From the IMG/VR virus record IMGVR_UViG_3300020045_004347, positions 1 to 44,788 of that record: 44,788 nucleotides of DNA; one strand, written 5' to 3'. The DNA comes from a virus. Taxonomy: Duplodnaviria; Caudoviricetes. Position 1 is the first letter of the stretch. Each line of letters begins with the position of its first letter. The notes under the pieces were generated by a model that saw only the letters and a list, made by a program, of their open reading frames with translations, made no database searches and was not told the DNA's origin. Both the position numbers and the translations under genes were made by a program. Shown here piece after piece: positions 18,588 to 25,883 of the stretch.

Positions 18588-18660
18588 AGCGACGAACGGC
18601 TCGTGCCGGAACGGCGGAGTATGCGTTACACTTTCGGCACTGACGACCGCAAGGTCGCCA

Positions 18661-18690
18661 CTAACCATGCGAAGATTGCACAATACACTA
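18661..18690 (+). promoter_or_regulatory. Dispersed operator-like motif copy
   Basis: CTAACC ATGCGAAGATTGCAC AATACACTA. Confidence 0.7.
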
Positions 18691-18729
18691 ACGGCACTAC
18701 GTGCCGACTAACGGAAGGAGTACCAGAGT

Positions 18730-18912
18730 ATGATAATACGTTTCGTAGTAGAGATAGAACTCCCTGATGACGATGAGCTCCAGCAGGAGGGTTTGCTGGC
18801 TGTCCTCAGTGCGATGGAAAACGAAGCCGCTAAGGCAAATCTTGACCTGTACGACTCCCGCATCGAAGATGCAGATGGAGATGTGCTAGCGTGGGAGGTA
18901 TCGCTAGGTTAA
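18730..18912 (+). CDS. Small, very acidic early protein resembling 18388..18552
   Basis: AAGGAG SD; 60 aa. Confidence 0.75.
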   Translation: MIIRFVVEIELPDDDELQQEGLLAVLSAMENEAAKANLDLYDSRIEDADGDVLAWEVSLG

Positions 18913-18924
18913 GTAGGTGCCACA

Positions 18925-19236
18925 GGCACTATGCGAAGCGTAGGTGTAGGACACGTAGGCGTAGGACGTCTGTACCCCGCCATATGTTTCGTGTATGCCA
19001 AACGGCCTACGCTACCGTAGTACCTACACGTCAACCAGTAGGTGTAGTCTCTCCTATAGTGCTATACTCTTGTTCTTACTTTAAATATTTTTTTTTTTAG
19101 AATAATAGAGAGGCTCCAACTATAGGACACTGCACCACAGTGGGGAGGTGTAGGACATACATGGATACATGGAACCTATGCCAGGGTACACAATTCCTAC
19201 GCCTACACTTCCTACGCCTACATCACATAGGTTGCC
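18925..19236. other. Candidate replication origin: long imperfect palindrome around an AT/T-tract
   Basis: Arms carry repeated GTAGG/CCTAC; centre CTTTAAATA(T)n. Confidence 0.6.
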
Positions 19237-19284
19237 GCTGAGCGGACTTGCCTTACTGCGGCAAACAACAGATTGAAATAAATG

Positions 19285-19313
19285 TTGACATCCATCGACG
19301 GACGTGATATGTT
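19285..19313 (+). promoter_or_regulatory. Sigma70-like promoter
   Basis: TTGACA-17 nt-TATGTT with TG extension and A-rich upstream sequence. Confidence 0.75.
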
Positions 19314-19373
19314 ACACACGTAATAGAAATCAATCCCGGCGATGCAGGCCGCAAAAAGGAAAGGACGCTAGGC

Positions 19374-19964
19374 ATGGCAATCACAACAGAGCAAATGCAA
19401 CTACTTAAGGCGAGAGGTTTCTTACGGCCTCCAGCAAGGGAACGCCCACTCTCCAACAGCGAAGTGCAGAGAAGAGAACTTATCAAGAGGTATAATCAGC
19501 TACTCCTTTCAGCGGAACAACTCGAAGAGGCAATAACACCCCTCTTCCGGCGAGGCACGCACAAACTTAACACATCGAAAGTAACTACTCCAAGGGACGT
19601 ACAGAAGTACCTAGCAAAACGTAGCGCGAGGTACCGTTCTTACTTAGCGACTCGACTAAACTATGCCGGAGTGGATGATTTGTTGAAACCGCCGAAACTA
19701 TCCCCTTGGCACCTACGCGAAAAGCAGCGGCATCACCTTGTTTCAGTTTGTCTCAGCAAACAAGCAACCGTAGCACAGATACAGAAAATGCTCCTTAAAT
19801 TTGGGTTGTTTACACATGAGCAACAAGAAGAGCTGCTAGGTTGGTTGGATCAGTACTATCACCATGTAATTGACCTTGAGCACCTTAAAGTATCTGCAAC
19901 CCGTGACTTGGTTTCACTAGACGACCTAGCACTTGTAAAGCAACAGATGCACCTCCGCAAGTAA
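19374..19964 (+). CDS. Hypothetical basic protein
   Basis: 196 aa after a promoter and AAGGA SD. Confidence 0.65.
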   Translation: MAITTEQMQLLKARGFLRPPARERPLSNSEVQRRELIKRYNQLLLSAEQLEEAITPLFRRGTHKLNTSKVTTPRDVQKYLAKRSARYRSYLATRLNYAGVDDLLKPPKLSPWHLREKQRHHLVSVCLSKQATVAQIQKMLLKFGLFTHEQQEELLGWLDQYYHHVIDLEHLKVSATRDLVSLDDLALVKQQMHLRK

Positions 19965-20018
19965 CCGGCCAGCTTGCTGGCGAGGACTCGCAACGCCACT
20001 ATAAAGGAGAATATTAAA

Positions 20019-20180
20019 ATGGCAGAAATTAATATCAATACTAGGTGTAAGAACTGCGGAGAGTGCCACGGTGAACATAATGCACTCTCGGATGGTTATG
20101 GTAAGTACAATGCTTGCCCTACCACTGAAATACCAAAAACATGGCGTGAAGACTCTACATTTGAAGCGATTGAAGACTAA
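20019..20180 (+). CDS. Small Zn-binding protein
   Basis: CKNCGECHGEH..CP; AAGGAG SD. Confidence 0.65.
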   Translation: MAEININTRCKNCGECHGEHNALSDGYGKYNACPTTEIPKTWREDSTFEAIED

Positions 20181-20234
20181 CCATCGAGCACAGCGAGACA
20201 CTCCGCCCTTCGGGCGACGAAAGGAACGCTAACA

Positions 20235-20378
20235 ATGGACCTCAAAGTAAGAATACACTATCTCCGCCTGCACTTTAACACCACAAAGTCTTACGACACT
20301 CTCGCACAGTTTGTGCGACTACAACTACAACGCGCGGCACAGCCGCAAAGAAAGGACACTACGCAATGTCAACCCTAG
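20235..20378 (+). CDS. Hypothetical 47 aa protein
   Basis: AAGGA SD; ORF fills the gap between neighbours. Confidence 0.4.
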   Translation: MDLKVRIHYLRLHFNTTKSYDTLAQFVRLQLQRAAQPQRKDTTQCQP

Positions 20379-20842
20379 ACGAACAACTCACTGCACTCCT
20401 CAGCAACGGTAGTAAGGAACTCCTCGCAGCCCTCGCCAAAATGAGCGGGGTTAGCGCCGCCGAAAGCAAATCGCATACTCCCCGCAACGGTGTGAAGGAG
20501 CGTCGTGCTCTGGAGGAGCATCCTCCTTACATCAACGCCACAACGGTTTGCTGCGCGCTCTGCGGCAGCGTTAGTACAACCCACATAGTTATGACGTACA
20601 AACCAGACCTCCAAGGCTTTACGACAGGCTACAGCGTGCTACCTTGTGAGGAGGCGCCGCCTTACCCAACCCGCAAACTCCACATCCGTGCCGACAGTTG
20701 TGCGTCTTGCACCTCAGTGCTGGAGAGTCTCCCGAAGGAGTACCTCGTCAAGATGCTCATCACCCGCGCCAACAAGCTCTCCGCTGCGCTAGAGTTTAAC
20801 GCCCTTGAGACGTTAGCGCGACGCGCAACTTCCTTAGATTAG
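20366..20842 (+). CDS. Zn-ribbon protein
   Basis: CALC and CASC pairs. Confidence 0.7.
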   Translation: MSTLDEQLTALLSNGSKELLAALAKMSGVSAAESKSHTPRNGVKERRALEEHPPYINATTVCCALCGSVSTTHIVMTYKPDLQGFTTGYSVLPCEEAPPYPTRKLHIRADSCASCTSVLESLPKEYLVKMLITRANKLSAALEFNALETLARRATSLD

Positions 20843-20931
20843 CCACCGAGTCGAAGCGAGCTATCTGCACAACGGCACGAACAGTAACCATGCAAGTTTT
20901 GCATAACACACTACTGAAAGGAGAACGAAGA

Positions 20932-21171
20932 ATGAACCCACGACTACAGGACTATGCCCGTGAACAGTTAAAAGAAGGTCTCACCCAACTACCGGATACT
21001 TGGCACCGTACTTTTAAACTCATGTACGGCAGGGATAACGGGAAGCATAGCGTTGAGGACGCCATCGCACTTGAAATCAACGACGTAGTAGATATAATGC
21101 CGGAAGATAAGCTAGATTGGGCTATGCAACAAGTTGAAAACAGCCTTGCTAAGTTGGCTAAGACAAACTAA
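20932..21171 (+). CDS. Hypothetical protein
   Basis: AAGGAG SD; FKLMYG..KLDWAMQQV. Confidence 0.7.
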   Translation: MNPRLQDYAREQLKEGLTQLPDTWHRTFKLMYGRDNGKHSVEDAIALEINDVVDIMPEDKLDWAMQQVENSLAKLAKTN

Positions 21172-21214
21172 ACAAACCGGCCTCGTAGAGGCACACCACA
21201 AAAGGAGACTTACA

Positions 21215-21412
21215 ATGATTACCTTAACACCGGAGGAGTTCACAGAACTGCAGAGCGAGGGCGGCGGGATTTGCTTCGCTTGCCAAGAACGTACCTACGG
21301 CATTGAGCCAGATGCCCGACGCTATCGCTGCCCGGAATGCAACGAAGAGCAACTCTACGGCATAGATGAACTCCTCCTAATGGGGGAGTTGGATATTGAG
21401 TTTGAGGACTAA
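21215..21412 (+). CDS. Zn-finger phage protein
   Basis: GICFAC..IEPDARRYRCPEC..LYG. Confidence 0.75.
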   Translation: MITLTPEEFTELQSEGGGICFACQERTYGIEPDARRYRCPECNEEQLYGIDELLLMGELDIEFED

Positions 21413-21473
21413 CTAAAAACGAGCGCAGCGAGCGGGATTCGCCGCCTTGCAGCTCAAGCGGAGAACATTAACT

Positions 21474-21623
21474 ATGATTCAAGTAATGATATTCATTGAG
21501 AAGAACCTAGAGCAGCCTGGCTGTTACTTTACGCTTCCACTGTGCTGGATAGACGACGGACTGCATAGAGTACACCCAATAGCAATATCCCGCGTTGAGT
21601 GGGAAAATCAAGGAGGTGAGTAG
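21474..21623 (+). CDS. Hypothetical 49 aa protein
   Basis: GGAG SD; ORF fills the gap between neighbours. Confidence 0.45.
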   Translation: MIQVMIFIEKNLEQPGCYFTLPLCWIDDGLHRVHPIAISRVEWENQGGE

Positions 21624-21721
21624 TGCTAACTGAAACCGACAAAAGCCGACGCAGGCACGCTACTCCTCCCCGCCGTGATAGTTCTGATTGGCTATCTACC
21701 CAGCCGACGGCACCGTAACCA

Positions 21722-21750
21722 CTAACCATGCGTTTATCGCATATTAACTA
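21722..21750 (+). promoter_or_regulatory. Dispersed operator-like motif copy
   Basis: CTAACC ATGCGTTTATCGCAT ATTAACTA. Confidence 0.7.
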
Positions 21751-21769
21751 AGAAAAAGGAGACCTAGCT

Positions 21770-22054
21770 ATGAAACCAACACCAGGAACTAAAGTAACAA
21801 TCCGCAGTTGGGAGGATATGGAGGCACAGTATGGGCTAGACAAAGATGGAGACATCCGCGACACTGAGTGCGACGGGCTTGCCTTTGTGCGCCGCATGAG
21901 GAAGTTCTGCGGCACTACGCAGGAGGTTGCAGCCTATAACGATCCGGCATGGCCTAATGAGTTCGAGGTAAAAGACGGCGGAATTTGGCGCTTCCACGCT
22001 AACCACACCGAGGAGTTTAAGGCACTGCCCGAGGAGGCCTCCAGTGAAGAGTAA
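21770..22054 (+). CDS. SH3-like small phage protein
   Basis: GTKVTIRSWEDM..FVRRMRKFCG..IWRF. Confidence 0.7.
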   Translation: MKPTPGTKVTIRSWEDMEAQYGLDKDGDIRDTECDGLAFVRRMRKFCGTTQEVAAYNDPAWPNEFEVKDGGIWRFHANHTEEFKALPEEASSEE

Positions 22055-22241
22055 CTCCCGAGACACCTTCACACGACGACTACGCGCTATAGCAGAGAGC
22101 TTCACAGAGCGCTCCCTACCGGAGGACCTCGCCCTCTCCATAACCCTCTGTTACGCATCTACCTTCCCCGCAATCCAGCGCCAAGCCGCTGCCGATAAGG
22201 TGATGCTCTTCTACTACGCAGGAGGCTCTACATGTATTTAG
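22044..22241 (+). CDS. Hypothetical protein
   Basis: GGAGG SD, GTG start, overlaps the previous gene. Confidence 0.5.
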   Translation: MKSNSRDTFTRRLRAIAESFTERSLPEDLALSITLCYASTFPAIQRQAAADKVMLFYYAGGSTCI

Positions 22242-22315
22242 GGTTAGGCATCTTCGGTACAATACTAATGCTAGCGGTAATACTATGCGCAATCTTAATA
22301 AGGAGACCTTAAGAA

Positions 22316-22471
22316 ATGAAAACCTATAAACTCCCAGACGGTTCCCGCGTCTATGCGATCGGCTACTCAATAGCCGACTACCTGTGCTTTATTATCGTAC
22401 TAACCCTATTCGCCTTAGGCCTTGCGGGGATGTTCGGCTGGGTTACACTGCTCGCAGTACTGTTTGACTAG
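22316..22471 (+). CDS. Small membrane protein (51 aa, not in ORF track)
   Basis: AAGGAG SD; long hydrophobic C-terminus. Confidence 0.6.
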   Translation: MKTYKLPDGSRVYAIGYSIADYLCFIIVLTLFALGLAGMFGWVTLLAVLFD

Positions 22472-22486
22472 AAAGGAGGAACTAGC

Positions 22487-23122
22487 ATGAAAGGCAAAGT
22501 ACTAAGTGTTCGGGTGAGCACTATAAACATCGCCAGCGCACGGGAGCTATGTACCCTGACCGGTATCCACACCGCTAACATGAGCACGGCAGTAGGGAAG
22601 GCACTAGCCCTTCTCCTGGAGAACCTCCGCGCTAACGGTACTCTCGCGGCGCACACCCCCGAAAGCGCTAGCGCATACCTACGAGAGACGCTCGGGCAGG
22701 CCGCTCTCGTAGGTAGTGACTTCGACCTTACGGTTACACCGTCGAGGGCAAGTCCCGGCGAACGAACTCGAGTCCCGCAGGGCGAGCTACCTGCAGGAAC
22801 TCCAAAGAACTTAGCTCAACAGTACTTTCAAGAATTACCTAAGGGATTGCAGCTTTCACCAGTTCCGGAATATGGAACTGAACAGATTCTCATCGACAGT
22901 GCGGTTACGTCGGAGGACTACGCGAAGAGCGTGGACGCCCTAAGCGACTACCAAACTTTCGATGAGTCCATCGTAGCCGACATCCGTCTCCAGCAAGAGC
23001 TAGAGAGTGAGGAGCTCCTCTCGGCACTCCTTGTAACCTCACACAGGAGGGACGACCACGAGGTAGAGCTGATAGACCCGGCGAGTATGATTAAGGAGAC
23101 AAAGAAGGAAGGAGGTGAGTAA
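22487..23122 (+). CDS. Hypothetical protein with RHH-like N-terminus and acidic C-terminus
   Basis: VLSVRVS beta strand followed by two helices; AAGGAGG SD. Confidence 0.65.
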   Translation: MKGKVLSVRVSTINIASARELCTLTGIHTANMSTAVGKALALLLENLRANGTLAAHTPESASAYLRETLGQAALVGSDFDLTVTPSRASPGERTRVPQGELPAGTPKNLAQQYFQELPKGLQLSPVPEYGTEQILIDSAVTSEDYAKSVDALSDYQTFDESIVADIRLQQELESEELLSALLVTSHRRDDHEVELIDPASMIKETKKEGGE

Positions 23123-23125
23123 CCT

Positions 23126-23380
23126 ATGAACGACGAAGATAAACTCATGTGGATGTTCACTGAGGTTCACGGAAATATAACTGGCGCCTGCTATACCGAG
23201 ATAGTTTTGGACGATGAGGAAAATCCGATAGCCGTAGAGGTACGAAAAAACGGAAATCTCTGCTGGAGTGCTGCCAAAGTAGATTTAATGTTTGACTATC
23301 TCACTAGGCACCTAACCGCTGAAACCAAAAGAGGAGGAACCGACGCCGAAAGGCTAACGAAAAAAGTTTCGCCAGGTTAA
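23126..23380 (+). CDS. Hypothetical protein
   Basis: GGAGGT SD; 84 aa. Confidence 0.65.
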   Translation: MNDEDKLMWMFTEVHGNITGACYTEIVLDDEENPIAVEVRKNGNLCWSAAKVDLMFDYLTRHLTAETKRGGTDAERLTKKVSPG

Positions 23381-23388
23381 AATAATTG

Positions 23389-23417
23389 TTGACATCTGCC
23401 TCTGCGTGTGTTATGTA
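23389..23417 (+). promoter_or_regulatory. Sigma70-like promoter
   Basis: TTGACA-17 nt-TATGTA with TG extension; same TGTTGACATC..ACACG frame as the 19285 promoter. Confidence 0.7.
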
Positions 23418-23545
23418 TAAACACGATGAACGGCGGAATTTAAAAAGTTTGAAAAGTGCTCGCAGACGCGAGGAAACGGACTTCTCTTAGAGAAGACGCA
23501 AAGAGGGTGACGACCGAACCGTCCAACGAGATAAGGAGTTACAAA

Positions 23546-24004
23546 ATGGCAAACGAAACTGAAACGGCAGCAAAGATTGGCGGCGTAAAAACTATTGAGG
23601 TTGCCGCACCTAAGACCGCAACTGGCACAGATGAGAAGGGTGCAAAGACCGGCTACCGCAAAATGACCGTCGAGTTCAACTTCGGCGACAGCCTCCAGGA
23701 AGCAATCGATGAGTTCGGTGAGGATGTAGTGTTCGCTGGCTTCGTCTCCTCGGCAACAATCGACCTGCAGAACTTCATCCGCACGAAACTTGAGGAGCGC
23801 GTCAAGGTTGACGGTGCTGACGGTAAGAAGGTGGAGACCCCAGACGCTGCAAACAGTGACGCCGATATCGCCACCGCATTCGCAGACTGGAAGCCAGGTA
23901 TCAAGAGCCGCGAGAGAGTAAGCCCTATGGACAAGATCAAGAAAGCCCTCGGCGCTCTCTCTGAAGACCAGAAAGCCGCCCTGATCGCAAGCCTTACGGC
24001 TTAG
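23546..24004 (+). CDS. Probably abundant early protein, paralog of 17884..18282
   Basis: TAAGGAG SD; own promoter and terminator; 152 aa. Confidence 0.85.
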   Translation: MANETETAAKIGGVKTIEVAAPKTATGTDEKGAKTGYRKMTVEFNFGDSLQEAIDEFGEDVVFAGFVSSATIDLQNFIRTKLEERVKVDGADGKKVETPDAANSDADIATAFADWKPGIKSRERVSPMDKIKKALGALSEDQKAALIASLTA

Positions 24005-24012
24005 TACTAACG

Positions 24013-24114
24013 AATTGCCTTGTGCAGGCTAGATAGGAAGTCTAAGGGTGCTGTAGCTTTGCTAGCAAGCCATACCTGGGCGGGAACAAACGATGCTATC
24101 GGCATAAGGCAATT
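24013..24114 (+). ncRNA. Structured ncRNA candidate 1
   Basis: 13 bp closing stem AATTGCCTTGTGC/GCATAAGGCAATT with internal hairpins. Confidence 0.6.
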
Positions 24115-24219
24115 GCCCTGTTAATTCACTTAGCCAATAAGAACTGGGAGGCGACTCATTGACACTAAATAGTCGGTAGTTATCTCAATGAGCAGGATGG
24201 CAATCTGCACAGGGTACAA
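24115..24219 (+). ncRNA. tRNA-like ncRNA candidate 2
   Basis: 7 bp GCCCTGT/ACAGGGT stem plus ACAA end; T-arm-like 5 bp stem with 7 nt loop; non-canonical loops. Confidence 0.6.
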
Positions 24220-24220
24220 C

Positions 24221-24254
24221 AAAAAGGTGGGACGTAAAACTCCCACCTTTTCTT
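24221..24254 (+). terminator. Intrinsic terminator
   Basis: AAAAGGTGGGA-loop-TCCCACCTTTTCTT. Confidence 0.85.
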
Positions 24255-24353
24255 ACGCCGTTATGTTGTGTATTTCCCCACAATGAGCCACAAGAGCAGT
24301 ACTAACTGCACCGCTAGGCGCTAAATAATCCAATAAGGAGAAGGAGAACGGTT

Positions 24354-24608
24354 ATGGTTAAGGAGATAAATCAAATACTGAAAGAGTTGAAGAAACACTG
24401 CCCCGAGGGTAGTGGCTTCTCGGCCAGCGCGGAGCTTGCAACTTGGGCAGACGCTCAAGTCAGGTACACTGCACATGTGTTGTTTCCGGACGGCAGCCCT
24501 TTTAAGAATATCTGTGAGATATCTATGGAAGATCACAGTGCCTTGATTACTAAAATGCTGAATGAGTACGATCGCCAGAAGGAGGCCACACATGGCAAAG
24601 GGGAATAA
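24354..24608 (+). CDS. Hypothetical protein
   Basis: AAGGAG SD; 84 aa. Confidence 0.65.
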   Translation: MVKEINQILKELKKHCPEGSGFSASAELATWADAQVRYTAHVLFPDGSPFKNICEISMEDHSALITKMLNEYDRQKEATHGKGE

Positions 24609-24846
24609 GTTAGTATTCCTGTATCCGCTAGAAATACACGGAATCAAGCCAGGCAAAAAGTACCGTATGTACTGTAAGTGTAACACAAAGGGGCACGCTG
24701 GAATTGACTATGAAGCAGGAAAGTATGTATACGCGCAGTGTAGTAGAGACGATGCGTGTCCCATCTGCGGCGCCAGTTACTTCACATTCGTTGAGAAAGG
24801 AGGGGCTAAAGCTAATGAGTGCAATCTTCGTACCAAACAAGGGTAG
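24592..24846 (+). CDS. Cys-rich Zn-binding protein
   Basis: CKC..C..CPICG; AAGGAGG SD. Confidence 0.65.
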   Translation: MAKGNKLVFLYPLEIHGIKPGKKYRMYCKCNTKGHAGIDYEAGKYVYAQCSRDDACPICGASYFTFVEKGGAKANECNLRTKQG

Positions 24847-25141
24847 CCATGACTACGGCGATGCAAGCCGCTACGGCACTGTGCAGTACATCACTAAAGG
24901 AGAACAAAATAGATATGCGATCGGCACTATGGTGCGGAACTGGGCGAAGGCTATCCGGCTCTCTTCACCTGACGACTACATTCTCCTCAGCAGCCTCACG
25001 AACCTCTGCTGCATAGGTTGTGCTCTCTTTGCGATGAAGCATCGCCGTCTGAACCTCCTGCTCTTCCGGAACGATAAGTACATAGAGAGGAAGCTCGACC
25101 TCCGCACTGTCCTTGAGGAGGAAGACGATGGGCAAGCCTAG
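24815..25141 (+). CDS. Conserved-looking alpha/beta phage protein
   Basis: IFVPNKGSHDY..YG..DDYILLS; AAGGAGG SD. Confidence 0.7.
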   Translation: MSAIFVPNKGSHDYGDASRYGTVQYITKGEQNRYAIGTMVRNWAKAIRLSSPDDYILLSSLTNLCCIGCALFAMKHRRLNLLLFRNDKYIERKLDLRTVLEEEDDGQA

Positions 25142-25391
25142 ATCTGCCCCAGTCCTCAACACTGGTACTTGTGGTTGGTGCGGGGAGCCACTAGTCCAGA
25201 GGACTGATGAACCCTACCATAACTATCGGAAACGCCGCACCTGTAACAAAGAACACGCAGCGCTCCTGCGGGAGTCTACGGCTAAAGCAACACGCATCTT
25301 AACACCTACAGTTGAGGCTCGCTATCACGTTAAGAAGATTGAGAAGGGAACCGCAGAGTTTGCGGCACTTACCGCACTTTACACTAAATAA
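25128..25391 (+). CDS. Zn-finger protein
   Basis: CGWCG..TCNKEH. Confidence 0.65.
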   Translation: MGKPRSAPVLNTGTCGWCGEPLVQRTDEPYHNYRKRRTCNKEHAALLRESTAKATRILTPTVEARYHVKKIEKGTAEFAALTALYTK

Positions 25392-25406
25392 TCTAAGGAG
25401 TAAATC

Positions 25407-25637
25407 ATGGAAATACCAGTGCAATATAGTAGTTGGGTCGAGGAAATACTTACCAATGAACTTCACGCAACTCAAACAAAACGACTCATGGCTGTGATTC
25501 TTGGCTTAGTGCCTTTTAAAGATGGGAATAGCTGGTGTGTTCTTTACGGAGAAAATCTCCAAGTTGGTATCGCTGGATTCGGTGATACTCCGTATAAGGC
25601 CATGCAGGCATTTGAGGACGAGTTTCATAAGGCATAA
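25407..25637 (+). CDS. Hypothetical protein
   Basis: DGNSWCVLYGENLQVGIAGFGDTP; TAAGGAG SD. Confidence 0.7.
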   Translation: MEIPVQYSSWVEEILTNELHATQTKRLMAVILGLVPFKDGNSWCVLYGENLQVGIAGFGDTPYKAMQAFEDEFHKA

Positions 25638-25678
25638 CGAAAATATAACTTTACACTAAACAATAAGGAGCAACGCCG

Positions 25679-25840
25679 ATGCAACCTGAGGAGTGTAACT
25701 TAAGAATGCAAGAGAGGAACAACGAAGCAATCGTTGCCCTTCACCCACACAAGGCTCTTCTTTCCCAGATCAAACCAAGGTTTATGGTTATTCGGAAGGG
25801 GTGGGGACGGTTCAAGCGTATTGCGGAGTCTTTCGACTAA
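25679..25840 (+). CDS. Hypothetical 53 aa protein (not in ORF track)
   Basis: TAAGGAG SD; ORF fills the gap between neighbours. Confidence 0.5.
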   Translation: MQPEECNLRMQERNNEAIVALHPHKALLSQIKPRFMVIRKGWGRFKRIAESFD

Positions 25841-25866
25841 ACCATGCGATAATTGCATATTAACTA
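25837..25866 (+). promoter_or_regulatory. Dispersed operator-like motif copy
   Basis: CTAAACC ATGCGATAATTGCAT ATTAACTA. Confidence 0.7.
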
Positions 25867-25883
25867 GATAAGGAGATATTGAG

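Noticed and set aside
18938-19222. GTAGG repeats as a CRISPR or tandem array
   Set aside because: Units are 5-12 nt, irregularly spaced and inverted about a centre.
23470-23525. c-di-GMP-I (GEMM) riboswitch suggested by GACGCAAAG
   Set aside because: Lacks the GNRA loop, its receptor and the P3 features. Only a short match.
24115-24219. Canonical tRNA gene (Ile/Met CAT)
   Set aside because: No TTC T-loop, no GG in the D-loop, oversized anticodon arm and no CCA. Kept only as tRNA-like.
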